Shown one piece after another: positions 1-12,863 of a stretch of DNA of 38,803 nt (position 1 is its first letter; every line of letters begins with the position of its first letter). The notes under the pieces were generated by a model that was not told where the DNA came from, ran no database searches, and saw only the letters and a list, made by a program, of their open reading frames with translations. Location of the stretch: assembly GCA_910592345.1 (NCBI GenBank), contig CAJVPI010000251.1:1-38803 (forward strand), read 5' to 3'. Source of the DNA: Paraglomus brasilianum. Its lineage: Eukaryota. Position numbers and translations under genes: made by a program.

Positions 1-454
1 TCTTAACAGGTCATCAATGTCTGGAAGATGTCTTCGGAGTATGTATACATAAAATTGTTGCCCATTATTTCGGGAAAAACGGTATAAAATTATCTTATCC
101 CTTACGCAGAAGCAAAGAGCTTCATACATAAGGTTGGGATTAGGGTTAACGGTTCCAAATTGTTCGAGTTTTCATAAACCACACTGTGGGAATAACCTTG
201 CGTTTATGAATCTCCACACCATTCCGAATGCTTTGATCCTACAATTGTTGTACAGCTTGGCGATTTGCCTCTTGTCTGGAAGTCATCGTTGATGTTTCTT
301 GAGAATGTTAAAGGAATTTAAGAACTAGTACTAGTGAAAAATACCCATAAACAAGCAGTTCAAAGTAAATAATATAAAATCGCTCATTTTACATTTTACA
401 TTGTTTAAATTGAATGTTACAATCAAGACCGGTTTTTTTTTTGGTCCCACACTG
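1..454 (-). mobile_element. Internally deleted Tc1/mariner element, copy 1 (cut by the window start)
   Basis: Reverse complement starts TA|CAGTGTGGGACCAAAAAAAAAACCGG (TA at 455-456). It aligns collinearly with 28888-29745 minus the nested MITE and includes the decayed transposase start MTSRQEANRQAVQQL. Confidence 0.9.
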
Positions 455-659
455 TATTTCAATAGTTTCTGGATACTCGGTCTATTTGAAACCGATGGAC
501 ATTACCTTCTTCGGTCCCAATCGTTAATACTTCGATCATTTAACTCTACTGACATTGTTAATGCTTCTATTTTATCGTGATCTACCAGTAAATATCACGT
601 GAGATCAATTTATCGAGTTGCATTTAATTAAGACCTATCTGGAGCTGTTTGCCGACTTA

Positions 660-1036
660 CAGCCGACTCTCCATGCACGCGGGACCGAGCGTTTGAGACC
701 GTGCATTTAGAGAACAATGCAAGTTGGTGCATTTATGGTGTGGTAATACGTGTTCACGTGTTCTAACAATATTAATAAACCATGCACTCTTCGCCACATT
801 TCCTTAATACATTCTCCTTCGTTATAATTTATTGAAATATTGATCTATAGTTTGTTGCATTGCAATAGTCTTTTCGTATTTTCTTGGATTAAGAACGCTT
901 GTACAGTTTTCAGACTTTTTAACACAGCATAAGTTTACCTGACGTATAACTATGGCAATGTCTGCTTACTAAATTTATACGTAAATTAAGTGTGCATCAA
1001 ACGTAGAGAGTGTGCTAAGTCCCGGAGAGTCGACTG
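660..1036. mobile_element. TA-flanked MITE (Tc1/mariner/pogo-type ends)
   Basis: TA|CAGCCGACTCTCC ... GGAGAGTCGACTG|TA, with internal GTGCATTTA motifs. Confidence 0.75.
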
Positions 1037-1913
1037 TATGTATTGGCCGACTTATCAAGAACTTTTTAAATAATAATAATAAAAAAAAAACATAAGAACC
1101 ATTGGTAGCCGGCGGAATCGAAGCCATTCCGTTAAAGGCGGAGGGAAAAGAGATAATAGAACATGTTGATAATCAGCAAATTATTGTTACAGGAAAAAAG
1201 AGCTTATCAATTAAAACAAAATAGTAGTTCCCAATAAAAACATTCTTAATTTCTCTTTTCCACTCGTAAAAAAAGGCAATCGAGCCGAGAAAGAGCAGAT
1301 GCTAGCCTGTGGAAACAAAAGTGCGACAATCAGTTTATCAACTGTCGCTATTTATGCTTTTTAGTCTATTTAGTAGTCCAACAATTAAAAAAAAAAGATA
1401 AGACCTAACGAACAAGAAGCAATTGCGGATGCCTAATTTGGACTTTCAAGTGCTATTCAACCCGAATCTTATCAGCAAGAAATTTTTGCTGATTCCCAGT
1501 TAGATTTCGCCACCAGTCTTCATTACGAAAAAGGAAACCCCGATTTATCGAGTCTGACTGTGTATTTAATTATTAACTGAAAATTGAGTTGATGCTGCTT
1601 TGTCCTATTGAATTTACCCTTTTGAGTAATCACCGATGATTCCTTAAGTAGGTCTGGTATCTTGTCAAGTTTAAATGTTCTCACGGTTTTATTGCCATAT
1701 TAGCTGGTACTTTGTTTCTATCATCGTCGACTACCTCTTCATTAACTTTACAACTGAGCAAAAATCCAATTTTGGAGCTCAAAGTAATGTTTTTTACATA
1801 CATAACCGTATTTGTATCATGTGATAAAGACATCTCGCAAATCTAATTGACAAGTTGTTGGTCAACTATATTGATATGTGTCCTAAAACAAAATGGTCGT
1901 TGTTGTAATAATT

Positions 1914-2122
1914 TGTGGCAGATTAAAACGAAGTCGGATTAAAATGAAATTTGGGGTCTTTTAGGATTCTCATTTAATGCCTCTGAACCCACATATATCT
2001 TCTAGTAACAAAAGTTACCCTAAATCCTATCAGAAAATTGCTCCCAAAAATTTTAAATTTTTGTGTTAACATTAAAATAGAGAAAATTTCATTTTAATCC
2101 GATTTCGTTTTAATCTGTCACA
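1914..2122. mobile_element. 209-bp TIR element with TGT...ACA ends and 6-bp direct repeat ATAATT
   Basis: TIR of ~39 bp: TGTGGCAGATTAAAACGAAGTCGGATTAAAATGAAATTT / AAATTTCATTTTAATCCGATTTCGTTTTAATCTGTCACA. ATAATT lies at 1908-1913 and 2123-2128. Confidence 0.85.
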
Positions 2123-3308
2123 ATAATTAACATTTGGCTAATAAACTATATAGACCATTAATTTAATTATTAAACATATGGATATACAGTACAAAGGTGC
2201 TGTATTACTATGATAATGTGGGTATAATTTAACGGAACTAGGTAAAGTGAAAATAATGCTGAGAATTGTTGAATGCCATATGTACTACAATCTGCATTTA
2301 TTTTATTAATTTTTTGCTAACAATTCTAATTATTCAATTTTCTCTAAAAATGATAAGAGCAACTTGTTATAAATGTTGAGGTCCTGAATATGTCAAGCGT
2401 CTTATGATAAAAATTGCTATTTTTTTGACTATCAAAATTTTTTTTAGTTTTGACATGATCTCAGCAAAACCATTATAAACTTGTCAAAATGAGATAATTT
2501 GTTTTTTATTTTTCTTATGTAATAATGGCATCTATGAGAACTAGTTCTCTTCGTTGGCTAGTGACAGAAGAGAGCCTCAACAGTTTCTTAAAAAAGGGTT
2601 TTTTCGCTTTTCACATTTCAATTGCTTAATTTTCTTGTTTATTTAATTCAAAAGCAATTGTTTTATAAAACACTCTAAACATTAAATTACCGATTATATG
2701 TGTACTGTAACTGCTAACTGCGTTGGTGTTACTAATTTGTCCCGCTTGCAAAATAATTCTCCCCTTTCTCGAACAATTTTTTAATAAAGCAACGTAAATG
2801 TTTTGTTGACTCGGATGTTTATCTAAATAAATAGAGCAATTATCTAAAATTTTACATATGATTATATAAGATTTATTACGTAAAACTTACAACAAAAAGC
2901 AAAAAAAAGGTGAAAATCGAAAAATAGAAGAAGTATAAAGAAACATTGTGTTTCTATTATAATAATTAATCTGTGTCAAGAGAAACATGTCCGATAACAC
3001 AATAGAATGAAGGTTTATGATCAGAACACGTCAGCAGACGTGTCTCAATTTGAGTTTCTTTATTAGATTGATTATCTAGTTTTTGTTCTTGTTTTCTAAT
3101 ACTTACAGACCGAATTAAATAACTAACTAGCAAGATAGATTATACCAATTACAGGAGCTTGTTTTTCAGCAGGTACAACAAATACTTATGAAATGCAAAT
3201 TTATGAATAATAGGAATAAGAAGCAGCAATTAAAATTTGATGTTGAAGACATATTCAAGAACAGGCATTGACAGAAAACAATAATGCCATTCCTGGGATG
3301 ATCTGAAT

Positions 3309-3412
3309 ATCTCAGTTGTGGACTGAGTGTCTGGGTTCCGAACCGAGACAACTGGGTTCTGGACTGAGTGACTGAGTCCGAACTGAGACAGGTCCCAAAC
3401 TCAGGCACAACA
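3309..3412. mobile_element. Palindromic mini-MITE family P, copy 1
   Basis: CTCAGTT...AACTGAGACAGGTCCCAAACTCAGGCACAACA, homologous to the copies at 9762, 14070, 14853 and 37281. Confidence 0.75.
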
Positions 3413-3526
3413 AGTCCATAACCACGGGAGAACATGACTATCACCTGAGCTTTAGTTATTCAATCGAGCCTCACAACTCCTGTAGCATATTGTTTACGTT
3501 AATTCTGGATTACTATTTGATATTGA

Positions 3527-3532
3527 TTACTG

Positions 3533-3568
<36 letters not shown>

Positions 3569-3580
3569 TTACTACTTCTA
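3527..3580. repeat. (TAC)n microsatellite
   Basis: Run of TAC units seen directly, degenerate at the edges. Confidence 0.9.
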
Positions 3581-4137
3581 TTAGCAGGATTAGACTAAGT
3601 GGCCTATGGCGATAGGGTGGGGTACAAGTGTAAACCATTAAACCGCATTTTTCAATTAAATAATAATCGTATTTGCCAATTAAGGGATTAACGGTCTCTG
3701 GCTCTATCGGCACGATTACCTATAAATGTGTGTTTATTAGAATTAAAATATTAATGCTAAGAGCTAATTATCGAAAAAAAAAAATTTTTGATTTGAAGAT
3801 GTGAAGACGTCGTTTGCTTGCGAATTGTTGTTAGCGAATGCGTAGCTGTTAGTATTTCCCATTTTGCTATTTGGGATGTTAATCCCGACCGATAATGGTA
3901 CAGAAATAATGGAAAGATACGTCATAGTCCTCACACTTTTGATAAATAAGTTACTGAGGTATATCTAGTCCAATTTTTTTGTCAGTTTTCTCGCGGACTG
4001 ATCCTAATAAATGCAATAGTATGCTTTTACGTATAGGGAGTTTTGACGGAAATGAAACAGATTAGTATACACTTCAAACTTAGATAAAAAAGTCTTTGAT
4101 ACTATTTAATTTGCGGTTTTTTGAAAAGAAAAGAGTA

Positions 4138-4670
4138 CAGCCAACCCTTTATAAATGCGTGCATTTATGGAGGAATGCATTTACGAAGGGTCAGCATTTT
4201 ATTGGTTTTACGTGACTCGATAAAGGTTATTACCTTTAATTAATGTAATAGTAACGTTCACATATTTAGCAACTTTTTAAAGTCTTGTTGTTGCTGCAGA
4301 AATAAACGAACAGTTTAGTCTAATATCATAAGCATCTATAATTAGCGACATGCTTTTGCTTCCACAATGATTAGGAAATTATTTATCCGTCTGTTACTCA
4401 AAGATTCAAGATAAGATAAAGCTGATAGAAATTGGTCCTTATTGAGTTTATTTCAGGCATACCAACCCCCTTCTCCCTTTTGTACACTCATCGTCAGTGC
4501 AATCACATGAAAATCACGGGCGTGCATTTAGAGGGCGTGTGCATTTATCTCTAATTTCCGAGCTTGGATAAGGTAAGGCGTGCATTTGTGGAGAATGTGC
4601 ATTTGTGGAGAGTGTGCATTTGTGGAGAGTGTGCATTTATGGAGAGAGTGTATTTATGGAGAATTGACTG
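4138..4670. mobile_element. Diverged TA-flanked MITE with subterminal tandem repeats
   Basis: TA|CAGCCAACCCTTTATAAATGC ... TATTTATGGAGAATTGACTG|TA. About five GTGCATTT(G/A)TGGAGA units lie at 4580-4662. Confidence 0.7.
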
Positions 4671-5488
4671 TACTTCACAAAGCGCAAAGCCTATTTTTGT
4701 CGTTTAGTAGCAGCGATATAGACCGCTCCCATCAAATACGAAACATTTATTTCTTGAAAACTCTTTTGTTGATGATGTTAATTCGATGAGTCGTAGTACT
4801 AGTATGCAGGTTATATTGCTCAAATTGAATTCGGTTCTGGGAGGAGGGAAAACGACTTGGCGATTGTGCTAGGTTTGTTTACCGCTCGTTTGTAGTTGAA
4901 AATGATAACTCTTCAAAATATATATGTGTAATAATCAAAGGACCTCTAAAAATCTGCTAAACAATTAAAATGCATTTGTTAATTTATTCAACCAATCACG
5001 GAGACTTTTGCCCAACGAGCATGTTTGTAATTGCTTACAGGGAGAACTTGTTCATTTTGATGTATAATAATATGTGCGAGTTTGCCATTAATATTAAAAA
5101 GGAAAGACATTGGACGTAACAAAATAATTGAATAGATAAATGCTTTATCTAAGTAATATTACTCTATCGTCTTGATCGAATACGAGAAATCAAATCGACG
5201 TCTGAATCCACATTCTTCGTTTGTCTATATGGCAAAAGACAACAGTGTTCCATAAATAGATCTTCGCTATCATATGACTGCCTATTTCTCCTGGAAGTGT
5301 GATCTGATGCATATGACCAAACCGAAAATTGCCCGGAACAAACTGCAGGGGCGTGCAGTGTTTTTGTTACGCAAAAAAACATGTGGTAAACAATACAATG
5401 ATATTGAGATAATGACGGATATTAACGGATGGTCAAGTTAAAGAAACACCTACACACACTTGTGTTTCTACGCAACACTTATGGGTTT

Positions 5489-5523
5489 GGACAGGACAGG
5501 ACAGGACAGGACAGGACAGGACA
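5489..5523. repeat. (GGACA)7 pentanucleotide repeat
   Basis: Seen directly. Confidence 0.95.
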
Positions 5524-7105
5524 GCTTTGCATCTGTCTCTCTTGGCGGCTCCTTTATTACAGTTGGTCTTTTGGTGTTGACAATAAACCAATATTATCGG
5601 TACCATTTCAACCCTTCGTTTGCGTGCATTGTGACGACTACGTTACCCGTTGTCAGAAAGTCGAATTCGGCAATGGAAATCTTGGGGGAGAAAAAGACTG
5701 CAGATTGGAGGAAGAGTCTTACAAAGGCAAAGCAAAATAGACTATCCACAGGAGCAATCAATCATAATCTTGTTAAAAATGCATCATATTGTATTGTACA
5801 AACAATACATTCGGAAATGGAAACCGAATTTCACGTGTGTAAATCAATGCACTGTTGATTATAAAAATACTATTACTATGGCTTGCCGAATATGAAACCA
5901 GAGACCAAAGGTTTTTCACATTCATGAAAAGATTATTAAATTCATCGCCACACATTAATACAAAGTCTGCAATGACCGGTATGCTATGATAAACAATAGG
6001 ATCGAATACATTGTTTCGTCTCGTGGTCTCATGACCTCAGCAGAACGAGAAGTATTCTTATTATTATGTATATTGTGTATTATTAAGCATCACCGAAGCT
6101 AATTACGTCGGTAAAAAAAATTTTTTTGTCCATGTTGTCAAACATTTGATAAACCCATTTAGTCACAGCTACTTATCAGATACAATCTTGCAAGCAACCT
6201 TTCTTTGTCATATCCCATGAGCAAGTTCGGGTTCCACAACGGCAATTGGTCTTTGTCGTTCTCGGAACTTAAAATCTCTAGTGATATATTTGTACTTCCA
6301 TGACTTGAAGGGGTTAAATGAACAAAGTTGCAAGATCAAGCATGTTTATCATTAGATAAAGCATTGTAAATGGCATAACATCAGTACTGTAATTCTCATA
6401 CATACTTCTTTGGCGGTTCAGACACTTTCTGACGAATATTCAAATATGCCAATGCCGTGTTACTTTTGAACCGTGCGAGTGTTGTGATGTGCTGATATAG
6501 CCGATAATAAAACATTGACATGCTCTACTATTTTTGGCCCGTGTTTTAAAAAGGTATTTACGCTATTACACCATTTCCCTATTGCTATGATCGATCGATT
6601 CCACTTGGCTTGATCTCTTTCACTTTTTTTCAACAAATATGGATAATTATTTATCCACGCAATTGTTTACTGTTGCAAATTGGTTATTTGTATTTGTTTA
6701 CATTTAGGAATGAAGGCGAGTGGTTAGTTGTGCGACAATTGACATTAACGATACATCATGTGAATAAACTGACTTGTGTCTTGAACAAACGGGGGACAAT
6801 CCTATTGTCGCTGTCTATTATTTTTGTTATTTTATGATAATAAATACTCGGATTGCAGCGCATTGGACTAATACATATTTGATCGTCGGAAATGTTTAGT
6901 CTTCATTGTGTTCTTTCATAACACACTGTCAAAACGTTTATAAATTACAACAAGATTTAGTTCGTCGTCGTTGGCTTTTTACAACGATACAGCGCTCTTC
7001 GAGAGATTCTTACATTGTTGGTCAGCTCAGAGTATTTAATAGGTTGTCTGGTCAAAGTCAGAAAATACCACAAAAATACCATTTACGGTTGCTGTAATTA
7101 AAAGT

Positions 7106-7611
7106 ATGAGCAAAGCTTGGTCGTCAAAGGTATATTTTCCAACTATAACAAGTCGTTTCTGGTGTATACTCGTTAACGTCTAATATCCATGTATACACAG
7201 GAAGATGATATCCTTGTTAGACTTGGCAACAGAGGAAATAGGAGAAGAATGAGGACGACATATTTGAAACACAAGACCGCCAAACAATGTGCGGAGAGAT
7301 GGAAAAATATTCAAGGATGTATGTAACAGTATTATTTACGCGCCCGCTGTACGAACATTTAGCCCATAACTTGCCAACACAACTTGTTTACGTTGTATAT
7401 TCCAACAGATATCGACAGACCATTCGCCCCTTTTGAGTGTAATAAGATTCGGTATTTGTATCGGCTATGTGGTCCTCGCTGGGGAAGAATTTCCGCAGTT
7501 CTTCACCGCTCTCCTCAAATGTGTATGGAATGCTGGCTTTCTTTAAAGGATATGGATGAAGAGGCTGCGAGAATACGCGGGAAAATGGCTGTCCAGCGGC
7601 TTCTTTCCTAG
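7106..7611 (+). CDS. Mini R2R3-type MYB protein 1 (114 aa, divergent)
   Basis: Exons 7106-7129, 7201-7318 and 7409-7611 with GT-AG introns of 71 and 90 nt (phases 0 and 1) give an open frame: MSKAWSSK/EDDILVRLGNRGNRRRMRTTYLKHKTAKQCAERWKNIQG/YIDRPFAPFECNKIRYLYRLCGPRWGRISAVLHRSPQMCMECWLSLKDMDEEAARIRGKMAVQRLLS. Intron positions match the paralogs. Confidence 0.85.
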
Positions 7612-8361
7612 CAGCCCCAATTATGATCGCGTTTTTTTTTATGGATAAGCAATATGAAAAAGCAAATAACATGGGAGGGGATATGATTTTAAAGTACTGT
7701 TAACAAAATATAGAGTTTAATATATGCATTATGCAAGTAGAAGCAATTATATTAATTAATAGGATATACGCATGAAGAAATTAATAAACCTTGCATTATC
7801 TTTTTACATCGCATTACATGTCTATTATGTTATGTTAGTGTAGGAATAAATTTTGTCCCTTAACAGACGACGCAAGATGGCGTTTTTCCACTTATGCATG
7901 CTTAACGATTGTTTCGAGTTGTCTGGGGGAACGGACACTTATTGTGTTTACGTAAGCTTCCTGTAATCAGAAACGCTGTCCGTGCTTCTGTACGAAGGTT
8001 GGCTGATCGGTGTTTTTATGAGAATGATGAACTTACCGATCACATACATTCTTTTTTCCCTTTCGTTATGCAAACGATTGATCGTCATGTGCGATAAGGA
8101 GTAGCATGCAATCTAACGATCGGCATAACAATCAAAAATTCCCATTTACGGGTTGACAAAGGAATTTGGATATGCAAGGGTCCATTCGGCCGAATACAAA
8201 TTTGGGTTTTTTTGTTTCAGATTAATGTCCTGGGCAAGAAACCCCCTTAATATTAAGTGTTATGGAGGAGGAATATATTAGTTTACACTACTGTTACGAT
8301 AATAAGAAGAGTATATTAATTAGTACTTTATGAATCCCACTACAGTTATAAAAGCTATATA

Positions 8362-8483
8362 CGCAGTGAAATTCACTTTAACAAAGATTGCTTTATAACG
8401 AAATTTTTCTCAGAACGAATTCATAGAAAGACAGTTCACTTGGGCAAACCTTCAGGTTAAATTAATATCTCCATTTCACTGTG
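8362..8483. mobile_element. Possible degenerate MITE
   Basis: CGCAGTGAAAT ... ATTTCACTGTG short inverted ends resembling the 15297 element. Confidence 0.35.
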
Positions 8484-8552
8484 CATAAGTAGGCATTGGT
8501 TTTATCCAGTAGAGCGCAATTGGTTGCTGTCTATTTACTATGAGAATGGCAA

Positions 8553-8761
8553 TGCCCAACAAGTTTCTTCTTCTTCTTCTGCTTTGGAATCATGATACAA
8601 TCGAGGATATATGCATATGTGTATGTATGCACGTACACCTATTGTCGAAGTGACTATAACTGTAACAGGGTCCCACGTCAAAGAATGTAGGGTCCTCGGA
8701 GAAAATTCCGTAAGCATAAACTCTAATTTTCAGCCCACTGAGAATTACGCGATAAAAAGGC
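8553..8761 (+). repeat. Dispersed segment B (uninterrupted copy), upstream of MYB-2
   Basis: Matches 28831-28887 joined to 30123-30256 (TGCCCAACAAGTTTCTTC...GAGGATATATGCATAT...AGGGTCCTCGGAGAAAATTCCGTAAG...TACGCGATAAAAAGGC). Confidence 0.85.
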
Positions 8762-9044
8762 TGCAAGCATCGTATCGGTTGCTCACGCTCGAATTGATTA
8801 ACACTATCTGCACTCCACCTGACGACATCTCATAATCAAAACCATTCTTCTTTACTGCGGTTGAAGTCAATACTAGACATCATTATCTTTCTTTATCTAT
8901 GACTTGCTATAAAGCAAAAACAGTTCAAATTATACACTCGCATCATAATCGCTAGAAAGACACTACGGTTTTAATTAGGCAGGAGGTCTCTATACTATAC
9001 CACCACTTTTACGCTTACAATCATTTCAGTGTGTACTGGTCGAC

Positions 9045-9579
9045 ATGACAAACTGGTCTCCGCAGGTAAAATTAGTACAATGGGTTGTTCTATTACGACA
9101 AATTGTTACACATAGTAAGTGCTGTCTTATTTGTAGGAAGATGAAGCCTTAATTAGGCTTCATAAGCGGCTTGGTTCGGCTTGGATAGCTATTGCGCGGA
9201 AAATTAAAACCAAGAATGCGAGAGAATGTGCTGATAGATGGCGCAACACACTCAGTCCTGGAAGTAAGTTACAATTTAACCTTTTTTCTTCTTCTCCCAA
9301 CTACCCTTTGTCGTATGTGTTAACTCGTTGTATCACATTTTGTTACTTCAACCAGTAAATTCCGGTCCTTTTACGCTATTCGAGCGTCAATTGATTGTAT
9401 ATCTGCATAATATATATGGCCCGAGATGGAGTCGCATCGCTTCCCAACTTCCCGGACGCACTTCTCAAAAGGTGAAGAATTGCTGGTACTCAATGAGACG
9501 TGCAGAAGATACTCGCATTCGTAATGAAGCCGTTCGTAGTATTCGTCAACAAATGGCGATAACTCGTCTACTTAATTGA
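9045..9579 (+). CDS. Mini R2R3-type MYB protein 2 (123 aa)
   Basis: Exons 9045-9065, 9137-9263 and 9356-9579 with introns of 71 and 92 nt: MTNWSPQ/EDEALIRLHKRLGSAWIAIARKIKTKNARECADRWRNTLSPG/INSGPFTLFERQLIVYLHNIYGPRWSRIASQLPGRTSQKVKNCWYSMRRAEDTRIRNEAVRSIRQQMAITRLLN. Canonical W/W/W and F/W/W spacing with LPGRT..VKN.W. Confidence 0.93.
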
Positions 9580-9761
9580 ACCAACAGAAGCTATTATCCA
9601 AGTAGTGTATATGTGTTCTATTCACCCTCCTTTATTCACCAAATATCAAATTAAATAGTATGAGTATTCTTTTACATATAGTACATAAGATAAATAAAGT
9701 TGCTGATATTGCTATGTTGAGTCTAAAGTGATATTTGGCTAGAGGGTTTGTTTCTATGTAT

Positions 9762-9873
9762 CATGTTGTACCTCAGTTTGTGACCTGTCTCAGTTCCGAA
9801 CGTAGACAGTCGGCCCAGAACTCGGTTGTCTCGGTCCAGAACCTGAGATATGTCCCAACTGAGGTACAACATG
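9762..9873. mobile_element. Palindromic mini-MITE family P, copy 2
   Basis: Perfect 17-bp inverted ends CATGTTGTACCTCAGTT / AACTGAGGTACAACATG. Confidence 0.85.
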
Positions 9874-9877
9874 TGTA

Positions 9878-10050
9878 CACAGTCACTCTCGATATAATGA
9901 TTCCCTGATAAGATGACGTTGGCCTAAGATGAGGTTTTTTCTGGAACCGAGTCAGTTATATAATATATAAAAAGATTTCGTTATAATGAACTCTCGATAA
10001 TATGACTGTTTTGGTCCAGCCCGACTTCATCTTTGTCGAGAGTGACTGTG
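9878..10050. mobile_element. 173-bp MITE with CACAGT ends, TA-flanked
   Basis: TA|CACAGTCACTCTCGA ... TCGAGAGTGACTGTG|TA. Confidence 0.85.
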
Positions 10051-10371
10051 TATGCGTGTTCATGCACCGCAAATTTGTGGCTTGTTACACATAATACCAT
10101 TTTTGCTTTAGCCCCTGTATTTGGAATTTACATATACTGAGGGAGGGAGGAATAAACCTAACCTTTATATTTGTCAGATCGGTAAAATTTTAAGATGCTT
10201 GAATCAAATACAGTGGCACCTCCCTAAGTGCACTCATAGAAAACCAGACGCTACATGACTTCAGTCAGTCGGTCGACATATGTAAAGCTGTAAGTCGGCC
10301 AACCTTTTTTAATGATTACCCTCGATAAGTCGGTCTCATGTGATATTCGGAGAACTTCAGTACAGTCGATC

Positions 10372-10481
<110 letters not shown>

Positions 10482-10568
10482 GATGCGGTATTTAGTGACA
10501 CCTCCCTAAGTGCACTTATTATTATAGAACAACGGCCAGAAAACTGTTACACAGAATAGTTACTAGTA

Positions 10569-11080
10569 CAGTTATACCGAATTTTCGTTATACCGAAGGG
10601 ATTCTGGCTCCCCCGTTTTTTAAATAGTAAAATTCCCTCGTTATAACGAATTTAATAGTAAAATCTCGTTATACCGTTACCGAAGTTCGATGCAGGATTT
10701 TTACATAAGCTACTAATCGCTTTATACCGAAGTTTTATCACGTGATAAAATTGTAGAATAGTGATTGGTTGGTTGTAGCAGATGAGGATATTGATTTTAG
10801 CTATGCGCCAATATTTTTGATCAAGCCGTATTTCGTATCTATTGTTTTTTAAATTCAGTCATCACTTCCATCATGCAATTTTCGATCATACGATTAATTC
10901 TGAGACGTAATATAATTAGAGTAAAGATATTATTCACATAAGTCTCATTATACCGAATATTAATATTGTTTGACCTTAGGCCTAACTTCGTTATACAGGG
11001 GTACCTCACTATACCGAATATCTCGTTATACCGAATCATGGATGCCTCCCCCGACACTTTGGTATAACGAGGTTCGACTG
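10569..11080. mobile_element. Nested pogo/Tigger-like MITE
   Basis: TA|CAGTTATACCGAA ... GGTATAACGAGGTTCGACTG|TA, with the left TIR apparently shortened. Many internal (CG)TTATACCGAA motifs. Confidence 0.75.
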
Positions 11081-12085
11081 TACTTTCTCTTTATTATCTT
11101 ATTATCAAAATTATACTATCACATCGAAGTCAGACTACACTTTAAGAAAAATAAGTGTCAATGTTTTTTCCTGACGTCAACAAACTCCTCAATATTTTGT
11201 AAAGAGGTATATACTGTATTCTTCCGCATTGTCCTGTTGTAAAAGAAAGGCACGTACTATTTCCAAGCTAGCGATTGCTGTGCTAGCGCTAATAACAGGA
11301 CTTTTCTCACTATCATCTATGTCGTCTACATCCGCAATTGCTTGATCAGTATCCTTAAAGAGATATACAAGTTCGTGGTCGTTGACGGGAACTTCATAAA
11401 TAATATTCTCTTCAGCAACTATTTACGATAATTATTTATTGTATCATTGTGGCGTTTATGTCATCTTTGTTTAATTTGGAAAATGTGATTAAATTTTTTA
11501 CTATTTCAGTAAATATATTATGTCAATGTATTTACAGTTTTATAAGCACGAGTATATTTACTAGCACTAATAAGTAAACTAATGTCACTATTGCATTGAA
11601 TTAATTGGCTGACCTTTTTTAAATGTCACGTGTGTGCACCTATGGAGGCTATCTGGGACTCAAAATCGCTTGCACGTGTAAGAACATGGAGGGTGCGCAC
11701 TTAGCTCTAAGTCCCATGCGCATATAGGGAGGGTGTGCACTTATGGAGGGTGCACTTATAGAGGTGTCACTGTATTTTGTCCACACACATTTAAAAATGC
11801 TTTATTTGAATGGAACGTATATTACCGGTCAGAAAACCGGTTTGTTTTAGCGATAAAAAGGGGAAGATTTGCAAATCATTGCGGCTGATTGCATAATCAC
11901 CGACGCTTCTTATTGTACAATACTTTCTTGTCTTATCATTCATTTAAATAAATATATTTTACTTCTGTAAATGCAGCTTAAAATAAAGTAGTATTGTTAG
12001 AAATCAATAGATTTTAGAAACAACCTCCTTAATTATATAATTCAACTTATTGGTTGTTTCTCAGGCAAGTATGGCTATATGCTTC

Positions 12086-12863
12086 TTATCGCACTTTTCA
12101 AAATTATGGAAAACCCCGACGGTACACACACACAAACGAAAATTTTCGAAAACACTAATTGGCCAATCAGAATGCATAGATTATCGTATAATAAAAAAAT
12201 ATCATGTTCTGCAAATATTTCGATCATGACTTTATGTTATGCTTTTTTATTATGTGAGACAGATAATAAATTTGATAGTTGTAATTGTAAAAGAGAGAAA
12301 GTTACGAATTATGTCGCATTATCTTCCTAATCTTCTTTTTGTTTCAAGTGCCACAGCAAATATGTACGGCTTGCAAAAGATAATATCCTTCGCGCTCTCA
12401 TGAGTTGCTCGGGTGAATATGATTCTCCAATTTTAGTGATAAAAGGACTACGAAGCAATTCATTCTTTCCATAGCGGCTTTATGTAACTACAAGAAAGTT
12501 TTATTAGTGAGATTTTCTATTTCTTACTCAGTTGTAACATGCAAACCTTTTTCCGAGTGATGACGATCAAGAATCCTTCCACGTCCACGCATCCCCTTGA
12601 AGGGATTCCCCAACATTCAAACTATGGCCCGAGAGAAAAGCCATCAAAATGAAGATAAACTATCCTTCAACGTAAATCTTCACTAATATCCCAATAAAAT
12701 TGCCAATATTGCTATACAACTGCTAAATGACAACAACTTTTGTTAGCGTTCGCCTGTAAACGTCCAGTAATTGCCAGTAATTGAAAACCTTTTCTCTATA
12801 AAAGCTAACACTAGAACTGCTCGTACTTACCAAAAGAGTAACCGAAACTGTACAGGAAGCTGT
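12086..12863 (+). mobile_element. Non-autonomous TIR element A, one-ended copy without nested insertions
   Basis: Reverse-complement match to 28033-28796 and 30257-30369. Begins TTATCGCACTTTTCAAAATTAT like 27901. Confidence 0.8.

Noticed and set aside
4580..4662. Regular 17-19 bp repeats as a CRISPR array or repeat protein (ORF 4580-4789)
   Set aside because: There are no unique spacers. They are subterminal repeats of a MITE in eukaryotic DNA.
7080..8870. CNGTTR MYB-type sites upstream of the MYB genes (autoregulation)
   Set aside because: Degenerate hexamers expected by chance, with no positional conservation evident.
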